Shown piece by piece: positions 56,544-64,000 of a stretch of DNA of 64,000 nt. The position numbers and the translations under genes were made by a program. Each line of letters starts with the position of its first letter. Within the stretch, counting starts at the first letter, position 1. Origin of the DNA: Nitrospirota bacterium. Lineage in GTDB: Bacteria > Nitrospirota > UBA9217. The stretch covers positions 57,592 through 121,591 of the forward strand of contig JAGVOT010000101.1 of NCBI GenBank assembly GCA_020052615.1. The letters run 5' to 3'. The notes under the pieces are model-generated. The model was not told the DNA's origin. It did no database searches and worked only from the letters and a program-made list of their open reading frames with translations.

Positions 56544-57992
56544 ATGGGCCCTACCTACCTACCTCTCCTAGTTTCCCTCATAACGCTCTCCCTGTTCGGG
56601 ACGGGCTGTGCCTCGTTGTCGAGCGGCACGACGCCGGTGAACGACCCATCCGCGGCGGCTTCGTCTATATCTATATCCGGCGGTACCGATGAACCATCAG
56701 CGATCGTTTCGCAAAAGCAGGATATGGCGTTGAATGCCGGCGAGGCGGTTCCCGCGGTCCAGGAGGCAGGGGCTCCCGAAGAATCTGACGCCGAAGAGGC
56801 TGACGAAAACATCCTCGATGCCGCGATGGAACTGATCGATGCTTCCCAGGAGCACTGGTCTGCAGGGGACCGGGACCGTGCGATCGACGCGCTTGACCAG
56901 GCCTATGCCGTCATCCTGAAGCTTCCCGTTGATGCCGATCCCAAGGAGGTCCAGCAGAAAGAGGACCTTCGCTTCGTGATCTCCAAACGGCTGACGGAAA
57001 TCTACGCTTCCCGCTTCACGTCGGTCAACGGCAATGGGAAAGAGATACCGCTCACGGTCAATGACCATGTGGAACGGGAGATCAGGCTTTTTCAGACCGT
57101 GGAGCGCGATTTCTTCCTTGAATCGTACCAGCGTTCCGGCAGATACCATGATCAGTTCGCCAGGATGATACGTGATGCCGGCATGCCCGAGGACCTGGTA
57201 TGGCTGCCGCTCATCGAGAGCGGCTTCAAGGCAAAGGCACTCTCACGGGCCCGGGCGCTCGGGCTCTGGCAATTCATCCCGTCGACGGGCTACAAGTTCG
57301 GGCTCAAGCGGAACGATTGGGTCGACGAGCGGCTTGACCCGGAAAAATCCACGATGGCCGCCATCGCCTATATGACGGAACTGCATCAGATCTTCGGCGA
57401 TTGGGCAACGGTCCTTGCCGCCTACAACTGCGGCGAGGGCAACGTCCTGCGGGTCATACGACAGCAGAAGATCAACTATCTGGACAATTTCTGGGACCTC
57501 TACGAGCGGCTCCCGCGGGAAACGGCCCGGTACTATCCCCGGTTCCTCGCGGTGCTGGCCATCGTGAAGGACCCGGCCAAGTATGGATTTACGCTCGGAG
57601 AAACGGACAAGCCGCTGCTCTACGAGACGGTGACGATCGACCGGCCGGTCCATCTGCAGAAACTTGCCGAGAAGGCCGCGTGCGACTTCGAGGACCTTTC
57701 GGCCCTGAACCCGGAGCTGCGCCATGCGGCCACACCCGGCGCGCCCTACGACCTGAAGGTCCCGCCGGGATCGCGGGAGACCGTTCTGGCCGCTGCAGCG
57801 TCGCTGCCGAAGTGGTCCCCGCCGAAGCAGACCTACGTCGTCCATCGCGTGCGTCGGGGAGAGACCCTGTCGACCCTCGCGGTCCGGTATCGGACCAGCA
57901 TCGGTCGGATCATGGATGCGAACAACCTGAGGAGCGGCCGTATTATCCGCGCCGGCCAGAAGCTGAAAATACCCCTTCGGGAATCCACGTAG
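56544..57992 (+). CDS. mltD: Membrane-bound lytic murein transglycosylase (MltD-like: SLT domain plus C-terminal LysM), lipoprotein.
   Basis: Lipobox LSLFGTGCAS. SLT: WLPLIESGFKAKALSRARALGLWQFIPSTG...AYNCGEGNV. LysM: YVVHRVRRGETLSTLAVRYRTSIGRIMDANNL. Confidence 0.8.
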   Translation: MGPTYLPLLVSLITLSLFGTGCASLSSGTTPVNDPSAAASSISISGGTDEPSAIVSQKQDMALNAGEAVPAVQEAGAPEESDAEEADENILDAAMELIDASQEHWSAGDRDRAIDALDQAYAVILKLPVDADPKEVQQKEDLRFVISKRLTEIYASRFTSVNGNGKEIPLTVNDHVEREIRLFQTVERDFFLESYQRSGRYHDQFARMIRDAGMPEDLVWLPLIESGFKAKALSRARALGLWQFIPSTGYKFGLKRNDWVDERLDPEKSTMAAIAYMTELHQIFGDWATVLAAYNCGEGNVLRVIRQQKINYLDNFWDLYERLPRETARYYPRFLAVLAIVKDPAKYGFTLGETDKPLLYETVTIDRPVHLQKLAEKAACDFEDLSALNPELRHAATPGAPYDLKVPPGSRETVLAAAASLPKWSPPKQTYVVHRVRRGETLSTLAVRYRTSIGRIMDANNLRSGRIIRAGQKLKIPLREST

Positions 57993-58315
57993 GCACAAGC
58001 CGAACCTGCAAGGCGTCTCTCGCAGAGCACGCAGAGACGCAGGGTAAAATCAAAATGTGAGGTCTTGACGCAAATCAAAGATATTTATTTTCTTCCTTGA
58101 CTTAGCTTTTCTCTGCGAACTCTGCGCCTCTGCGAGGCATGACCTGAATTCTTTCCGTTGCTGTTTCTCGTTTCCAAACAATAATAGTAGAAATAGATTC
58201 TCTGTCTGAAGTCCGCTCATCATGCCTCTACGTCACGAGTTGACCGTTCGCGTGAATTTGCAGAGCTTTGATGGTTTTCCTGTTACGTCAGGGAGGGCGA
58301 CTGCAGGAGGAGCCT

Positions 58316-61300
58316 CTATGCCAATGACACCGACCCCGCGCCGAGGACGGACTCGATCTCGCTGATGAGCTGGTCGGAAGGGGCCACGCGGATGTCCCTG
58401 CCCACGGAGATGAGCGACTCCTTGCGGGAGGGATTCCGAAGGCGGAGATAGACGGGGATGTCGCCCTTGTACCGGAGAAGGATGTTCTTGACCTTGATGA
58501 GGTCGTCCTGGGTGAGGCCGGTTGCGTTCAGGAGGATGTCCACGCGGGTGGTGCCGCGTTTTTTCACTTCGGCGAGCAGATGGATCCGAACGGCCTTGAT
58601 CTTGTTTCCCTGTTCGCTCTTGTCGAGCTGTCCCGCCACGATGAGCGGCGTGTCGGTCAGGAGCATGTGGCTTGCCGTCGCGTAGAGGTCGGGAAAAACG
58701 ATGACCTCAACGGTCCCCGAGAGGTCCTCGAGGTTGATGATGGCCATTTTATCGCCCTTTTTGGTGATCTTTGGTTTCAGACCGGCAATGATCCCGCAGA
58801 TGGTGACCTCTTTCCCGTCCGCCGCCTGGTCCAGCGTCTCCGTCGTCACCGAGGCATAGCGCTTCATGTCCGCCTGGAAGGCCGCAAGGGGATGGCCGGT
58901 GATATAGAATCCGATGCTTTCTTTTTCAAATGCCAGCAGCTGGCTTTCCTTCCACTCCGGGATGTTCGGGAGCTCGGGCTCCTTCTTCTCCACGAGGGAA
59001 TCGAAAATATTGAACTGCCCGATCGCTTCCTGCTCCTGATGCCGCGCCGCCTGGTCGATCATCATGTCAATGGCTTCCATCATCTGGCTGCGCCGGCTGC
59101 CCGTCCCGTCGAAAGCGCCGGACTTGATGAGCGCTTCGACAACACGCCGGTTCACCCGCCGCTGGTCCACTTTGGTGCAGAAATCCGACAGCGAGGTGAA
59201 GGCCCCCTTGGCTTCGCGAGCCTCGATGATCGCTTCAATGGCGGAAAGGCCGATGTTCTTGACCGCGGCCAGTCCGAAGCGGATAGACCCGATGGCACTG
59301 CCGGGCTCGACCGTTTCGCGATCGTGTGCCTCGATGACCGTAAAATCCCACTGGCTCTCGTTCGCGTCGGGAGGAAGGACCTCGATCCCCATCTCTCGTG
59401 CTTCGTAGATGTATTTCACGACCTTGTCGGTGTCCTGGACCTCGCTCGAAAGCAGGGCGGCCATGTATTCCACGGGGTAGTGGGCCTTGAGGTAGGCCGT
59501 CTGGTAGGAGATGAGGGCATAGGCGGCGCTGTGGGACTTGTTGAAGCCGTAGTCGGCGAACTTGGCCATGAGGTCGAAGATCGCCCCGGCCTTTTTGGGG
59601 TCGATGCCGTTGTTCTTGGCGCCCTCCATGAACGTGTTGCGCTGCCGGGACATCTCGGCCTGGTCCTTCTTCCCCATGGCCCGCCGCAGAAGGTCCGCTC
59701 CGCCGAGCGAGTATCCGGCCAGGGTGCGCGCCATCTGCATGACCTGCTCCTGGTACACGATGACGCCGTAGGTGTCCTTGAGGATCGGTTCGAGAGCCGG
59801 CAGTTCGTAGGTGATCTTGGTGGAGCCTTTCTTGCGCTTGATGAAATCGTCCACCATGCCGCTGTTGAGCGGTCCCGGACGGTACAGGGCCAGCAGGGCG
59901 ATGATGTCCTCGAAGCACTGTGGCTTCATCTTGAGCACAAGGTCCCTCATGCCTGACGATTCGAGCTGGAAAATGCCGGCCGTATTGCCCCGTCCCAGGT
60001 ATTCATAGGTCTTCACGTCGTCCAGGGGGAGGCGGCTGACGGAAAAACGGACCGCCGAGGCGAGCGGCGCCTTCTGGAGGCGCTGGTTGATCATGTCCTC
60101 GGCCTTGCGGATCACCGTGAGGTTCCGGAGTCCCAGGAAGTCGAACTTCACGAGGCCGATCTTCTCGACGCCCTTCATGTCGAACTGCGTCATCACCTCG
60201 TCCTTGGCGGTCTTGTAGAGCGGTAGGTATTCGGTCAGCGGCTCCTGGGAGATGACCACGCCGGCGGCGTGCTTGGACGCGTGGCGCACCTGGCCCTCGA
60301 GGTTAAGGGCGATCTCCATGAGTTCCGCCATGCGCGGTTCCTTTTTCGTCAGCTCCTTGAGCTTCGGCTCCTGCTCCATGGCCTTTTCCAGGGTGATGTT
60401 CAGGACGTTCGGCACGAGTTTGGCGACCCTGTCCACCTCGGCATAGGGGATGTCAAGGACCCTGCCCACGTCGCGGATCACGCCCTTGGCCATCATGGTG
60501 CCGTAGGTGATGATCTGGGTCACGTGGTCCGGTCCGTACTTCTCCGTTACATACTTGATGACCTCGTCGCGGCGGTCCTGACAGAAGTCCACGTCGATGT
60601 CCGGCATGCTGATGCGCTCGGGATTCAGAAAGCGCTCAAAGAGCAGGTTGTAGGGGATGGGATCGAGATCGGTGATCCTGAGGCAGTAGGCCACGAGGCT
60701 TCCGGCTGCGGATCCGCGGCCCGGGCCGACCGGGATGCCGTGTTCCTTGGCGTAGCGGATGAAGTCCCACACGATCAGCATGTATCCGGGAAATCCCATC
60801 TTCTCGATCATCACGATCTCGGATTCGAGCCGTTTCTTGTAAGCCTCCCGGTCGATGCTGCCGGGACCGCGCACTGCTTCGATCTCCTCGAAGCGTTCCT
60901 CGAGCCCTTTCCGGGCAAGCTCGGCCATGTAGGTCTCGCGGGTATAGTTCTCGGGGACGGGAAAATTGGGGAGGTGGTATTTACCGAGTATCAGCTCGAT
61001 GTTGCACCGCTCGGCGATCTTGACGGTGTTCGTGATGGCCTCGGGAATGTAGGAGAAGGCCTTTTTCATCTCCTCGGGGGTCTTCATGTAGAAGGTTTCC
61101 GACGAGAACTTGAGGCGTTTTTCGTCCTTTACCAGCTTGCCCTGGTTGATGCAGAGAAGGGCGTCATGGGACTTGTGGTCCTCCATGTTCAGGTAGTGGC
61201 AATCGTTCGTCGCGACGACGGGGATGCCTGTGTCCCCGCTCAGGCGGATGAGCTCGCGGTTGACCGTCTCCTGTTCGGGGATGCCGTTATCCTGCAGTTC

Positions 61301-61840
61301 GAGGTAGAAGTTGTCCTTGCCCAGGATATCCTGGTACTCGAGGGCCGCCTTTTTCGCGTCGTCATACCGCCCGGCGTTCAGGAGGCGCGGAACCTCGCCG
61401 CCGAGGCACGCGGACATCCCGATGAGCCCCTCGCGGTGTTTGCGGAGCAGGTCTTTGTCGATGCGCGGTTTGTAATAGAAGCCTTCAAGGTAGGCCGACG
61501 TGACGAGCTTCACCAGGTTCTTGTAGCCCTGGTTGTTCCGGGCGAGGAGGATGAGATGGTAAGCGTAGGTGTCTTCGTCCTGCGAGCCGGCGGCGACGGA
61601 CTTCTCGAACCGCGAACCGGGCGCCACATAGGTCTCGCAGCCGATGATCGGCTTGATGCCGGCCTTCATCGCTTTTTGGTAAAAATCCAGGACGGAGAAC
61701 AGGTTGCCGTGGTCCGTGACGGCGACGGCCGGCATCTTCAGCTCGATGGCCTTCTTGACAAGGTTGTCGATGCTGATGGCGCCGTCGAGCAGGCTGTATT
61801 CCGTATGGAGGTGAAGGTGGACGAACTCGGCGTGATGCAT
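58316..61840 (-). CDS. dnaE: DNA polymerase III alpha subunit.
   Basis: PHP domain MHHAEFVHLHLHTEYSLLDGA...VTDHGNLF. Polymerase core, OB-fold. 1174 aa, typical of replicative DnaE1. Confidence 0.95.
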   Translation of the reverse strand: MHHAEFVHLHLHTEYSLLDGAISIDNLVKKAIELKMPAVAVTDHGNLFSVLDFYQKAMKAGIKPIIGCETYVAPGSRFEKSVAAGSQDEDTYAYHLILLARNNQGYKNLVKLVTSAYLEGFYYKPRIDKDLLRKHREGLIGMSACLGGEVPRLLNAGRYDDAKKAALEYQDILGKDNFYLELQDNGIPEQETVNRELIRLSGDTGIPVVATNDCHYLNMEDHKSHDALLCINQGKLVKDEKRLKFSSETFYMKTPEEMKKAFSYIPEAITNTVKIAERCNIELILGKYHLPNFPVPENYTRETYMAELARKGLEERFEEIEAVRGPGSIDREAYKKRLESEIVMIEKMGFPGYMLIVWDFIRYAKEHGIPVGPGRGSAAGSLVAYCLRITDLDPIPYNLLFERFLNPERISMPDIDVDFCQDRRDEVIKYVTEKYGPDHVTQIITYGTMMAKGVIRDVGRVLDIPYAEVDRVAKLVPNVLNITLEKAMEQEPKLKELTKKEPRMAELMEIALNLEGQVRHASKHAAGVVISQEPLTEYLPLYKTAKDEVMTQFDMKGVEKIGLVKFDFLGLRNLTVIRKAEDMINQRLQKAPLASAVRFSVSRLPLDDVKTYEYLGRGNTAGIFQLESSGMRDLVLKMKPQCFEDIIALLALYRPGPLNSGMVDDFIKRKKGSTKITYELPALEPILKDTYGVIVYQEQVMQMARTLAGYSLGGADLLRRAMGKKDQAEMSRQRNTFMEGAKNNGIDPKKAGAIFDLMAKFADYGFNKSHSAAYALISYQTAYLKAHYPVEYMAALLSSEVQDTDKVVKYIYEAREMGIEVLPPDANESQWDFTVIEAHDRETVEPGSAIGSIRFGLAAVKNIGLSAIEAIIEAREAKGAFTSLSDFCTKVDQRRVNRRVVEALIKSGAFDGTGSRRSQMMEAIDMMIDQAARHQEQEAIGQFNIFDSLVEKKEPELPNIPEWKESQLLAFEKESIGFYITGHPLAAFQADMKRYASVTTETLDQAADGKEVTICGIIAGLKPKITKKGDKMAIINLEDLSGTVEVIVFPDLYATASHMLLTDTPLIVAGQLDKSEQGNKIKAVRIHLLAEVKKRGTTRVDILLNATGLTQDDLIKVKNILLRYKGDIPVYLRLRNPSRKESLISVGRDIRVAPSDQLISEIESVLGAGSVSLA

Positions 61841-61990
61841 AGATTAAAACCAGGAAATGCAGATACTGGAACCACAGATGAACACAGATGGACTCGGGAA
61901 GGAAAGAATAAAAGAACTGAAGAGGGGCAGTTCATCCAGCTTTTATCTGTGTTTATCAGTGTTAATCTGTGGTTGCTTGTTGTAAATAGT

Positions 61991-62066
61991 TGGAGGCGGC
62001 GATCGGATTTGAACCGATGAATGAAGGTTTTGCAGACCTCTGCCTTAGCCACTTGGCTACGCCGCC
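61991..62066 (-). tRNA. tRNA-Cys (GCA).
   Basis: The reverse complement folds into a cloverleaf: acceptor GGCGGCG/CGCCGCC; D-arm GCC-AAGTGGCTAA-GGC; anticodon stem GAGGT/ACCTT with loop CTGCAAA; T-arm ATCGG-TTCAAAT-CCGAT; discriminator U plus encoded CCA. Confidence 0.85.
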
Positions 62067-62316
62067 CTGGAAACAAACGTTGTGAAATCGCGGGGATGCG
62101 TTCTCCCGCGAATGCTGCACAGGCAATAAAATACGAGAAATGAGGGGGTAAGTCAAGCGTTTTCACGGCTATCAAAGATCGCAAAATCGAACTTGCCGCG
62201 GTTCCCACAAGGCGTCATTTCCGCGACGGGTTTGAGCGGGAATCCAGTCTTAGCCTTATACCCTTAGCTGGATCCCCGATAAGAGCACTCGGGGATGACG
62301 GGCAGTGGCATGTAAT

Positions 62317-63630
62317 TCACACCTTGATATGCAGCATCGGCAGGCCCAGCCGCTGCCGTTTGTTCTCGCCTTTGAAGAGATCTCCTTTCCGCACCGGCAC
62401 GTCGCCCCGTTCTCCCTCGTGCTGGGCCTGCGTTTTCGTGGGCAGGCTCGCGCCGTGCTGGACAGCGTGCTTGCCGTACTTCCGCGACAGTTCGTCGATG
62501 CTTTCGTAGACCTTCGCCATCTTCGCGATCTTCGCGGTGTCCTCGAAGAGACCGTACTGGACGCTGCTCTCGGCGACCAGGCCGGACAGGACGACGCCGG
62601 TCTGGCGGTAGGGGGTAGCGGGCAGGTACAGTTCCCGGAACCCTTCCCGCAGGAGCGTGTAGAGCTCCGACGGGAACGCCGTGGGCCGGCTCAGCTTCAG
62701 CTCCGCGCCGGTGCTCCGGTAATCCTGCTGCCTGAGGAAGACGATCAGCCGGTTCGCCGCAAGGTGATAGCGCCGGGCCTTGATGCAGGCATTCTCCAGA
62801 TTCTTGGACAGCTGGGCGAAGACGAAGGCCTCGTCATCAGAGGGAGGGGTGAAGGTCTTTGCCTTGCTGATGGACTGATAGGCGCTCTTGGTCTCGGTGG
62901 TGACGGGATAGACGCTCCTGCCGTTCAACTCGTGCCAGATCTCCCGGTAGGGCTTGGACAGGTATTTGGTCACGAACTCCTCGTCCTTCCTGGCGAAGTC
63001 CAGGGCGGTCCTGATGCCATGCTTGTTCAGATAGGACGCGGTGTTCGGCCCGATGCCCCAGACCTTCTCGACGGGCAGGCTCCCGAGGAACAAGTGAATG
63101 TCCCGGCCGGGGATCATGGTGAGACCGTCCGGTTTCCGGTGTTTCGAGCCGATCTTCGCGAGCACCTTGGAGAGGGAGACGCCGGCGGACACGGTGATGC
63201 CGAGCTCCTGCTTGATTGTAGCTCGCATCTTCTCGGCGATCATTTCGTACGAACCGTGGTAGGTCCTCCTGAGGCCCGTGAGGTCCACGAAGGCCTCGTC
63301 AATGGAATATTCCTCAACGTCCGGCGAAAAGCGTCTTACTATTTCGAACATGCGTACGGAAAAGAGGCTGTAGGTCTCGTAGTCCGAAGGGAGGATGACG
63401 GCGTCGGGACAGAGCTTCTTCACGTCCGAGAGCCGCACCCCGCGCGAGACGCCCCTGGCCTTGGCCTCGTAGGAGGCCGCGGCCACGATGCCGCGCTCCT
63501 TGCCGGTGATGACCGGGCGGCCCTTTAACTCGGGGTGAATGGCCTGCTCGCAGGACGCGAAGAAGGCGTCGGCGTCGATATGCATGATGGCCTGGGGCCA
63601 GGAGGAGATGATAAGAGGCTGGTTGGTCAT
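62317..63630 (-). CDS. Y-family DNA polymerase (UmuC/DinB-like; catalytic residues present).
   Basis: MHIDADAFFASCEQ (UmuC-type ASCE), SIDEAFVDLTG (catalytic D-E), little-finger region. 437 aa. The 3' end is followed on the minus strand by hairpin TCGCGGGAGAACGCATCCCCGCGA plus a T-rich tract. Confidence 0.8.
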   Translation of the reverse strand: MTNQPLIISSWPQAIMHIDADAFFASCEQAIHPELKGRPVITGKERGIVAAASYEAKARGVSRGVRLSDVKKLCPDAVILPSDYETYSLFSVRMFEIVRRFSPDVEEYSIDEAFVDLTGLRRTYHGSYEMIAEKMRATIKQELGITVSAGVSLSKVLAKIGSKHRKPDGLTMIPGRDIHLFLGSLPVEKVWGIGPNTASYLNKHGIRTALDFARKDEEFVTKYLSKPYREIWHELNGRSVYPVTTETKSAYQSISKAKTFTPPSDDEAFVFAQLSKNLENACIKARRYHLAANRLIVFLRQQDYRSTGAELKLSRPTAFPSELYTLLREGFRELYLPATPYRQTGVVLSGLVAESSVQYGLFEDTAKIAKMAKVYESIDELSRKYGKHAVQHGASLPTKTQAQHEGERGDVPVRKGDLFKGENKRQRLGLPMLHIKV

Positions 63631-64000
63631 AGGTCAATACCGACAAGGAGACAAGGAAGGGGACATGGAACACTAAGATCTCGACACGGGGACACGGGGC
63701 CAAAAGTAGGCGCTTCTAAGCGACGCGGAGACACGGTGAAAGACCAAGAGCAATTGGCCAAAAGCCGGCGCCTCACACACCGCGAAGCGCGAGTCAAGTG
63801 TCTTGCCGGGACTACTGACAGGGAAACTGTACCTTTACAGCAGAATTACACATGGATTGAGCAAAGCCGGACAGGCGTTTGCAACCCTCCAGAGCCACAC
63901 TTTGGGCCGCACAGTTGGCAAGCGCCTCTTCGGGAGATGGACCATATCCCGCCGGTGCCTGGGCCGGCTGCTGTTCTCCCGACGAATACCTCTCGTCGCG

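Noticed and set aside
60269-62020. 583-aa plus-strand ORF antisense to dnaE.
   Set aside because: Low-complexity Arg/Gly/Val-rich translation typical of antisense frames in high-GC DNA. The minus-strand frame gives unmistakable DnaE motifs.
62305-63528. 407-aa plus-strand ORF.
   Set aside because: Antisense to the Y-family polymerase, whose minus-strand product carries the catalytic D-x-D / DE motifs. The plus-strand product is low complexity.
1-64000. Mobile elements, prophage, integrase/transposase or defence-system genes (restriction, toxin-antitoxin, CBASS/retron-like).
   Set aside because: No integrase, transposase, nuclease-ATPase pairs or reverse transcriptase in any frame. The only candidate mobile-like feature is the short AT-rich inverted repeat near tRNA-Cys, reported as a finding.
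63631-64000. Possible umuD/lexA-like gene upstream of the Y-family polymerase at the window edge.
   Set aside because: No frame gives an S24 peptidase-like (Ser-Lys dyad) C-terminus. Only short open frames continue off the window, so it is left unannotated.

Overview
This is a high-GC (~60%) bacterial chromosomal segment, densely coding, with no transposases, integrases, CRISPR arrays or rRNA genes. The lineage is uncertain, but sigma70-type promoters, lipoboxes and a Tat system point to a Gram-negative envelope.

The window is a mix of housekeeping genes and three envelope- or metal-related clusters that look accessory.

- **Housekeeping:**
  - 5'-truncated PBP1A, dnaE and a Y-family polymerase flanking tRNA-Cys.
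  - recJ, rel, tatA, mobA, ridA, mltD, cobO.
  - A fur-feoB-dtxR/feoA iron module.
  - A complete cbb3 oxidase operon (ccoNOQP-GIS) behind a leaderless Rrf2 regulator.
  - Two efflux systems: TetR-TolC-RND without an adaptor, and a MacAB-TolC-like ABC pump.
- **Envelope operon (2.6-8.5 kb):** a five-gene secreted-protein/lipoprotein operon built on an LPP20-like two-domain module. With the third paralog at 13.6-14.6 kb, the module occurs three times in the window, mixed with transglutaminase, carboxypeptidase-regulatory-like, TPR/SLH and FecR domains.
- **Sphingolipid cluster (29.7-34.5 kb):** serine palmitoyltransferase, a GNAT-fold putative ceramide synthase and an SDR putative ceramide reductase. 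A CdsA-fold membrane protein and a PAP2 phosphatase, adjacent and convergent, may modify the head group.
- **Copper-flavoured periplasmic cluster (40.0-45.6 kb, minus strand):** NosL-like Cu chaperone, two TlpA-like thioredoxins, a redoxin lipoprotein, a Met-motif lipoprotein, an outer-membrane beta-barrel, a Cys-rich lipoprotein, a Tat-exported protein with a cupredoxin-like C-x-H-x-H...MM motif plus CXXCH, and a small Cys-rich membrane peptide. No known Cu enzyme is encoded nearby.

Other noteworthy items:
- A 7-bp tandem repeat inside ccoI.
- A decayed nitroreductase pseudogene.
- An AT-rich inverted-repeat element next to tRNA-Cys.
- A recurring CTTGACAAT -35 promoter motif.
- A candidate Fur box and TetR operator.
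- Several intrinsic terminators.

All calls are from reading the sequence and recalled family signatures. No database search was run.
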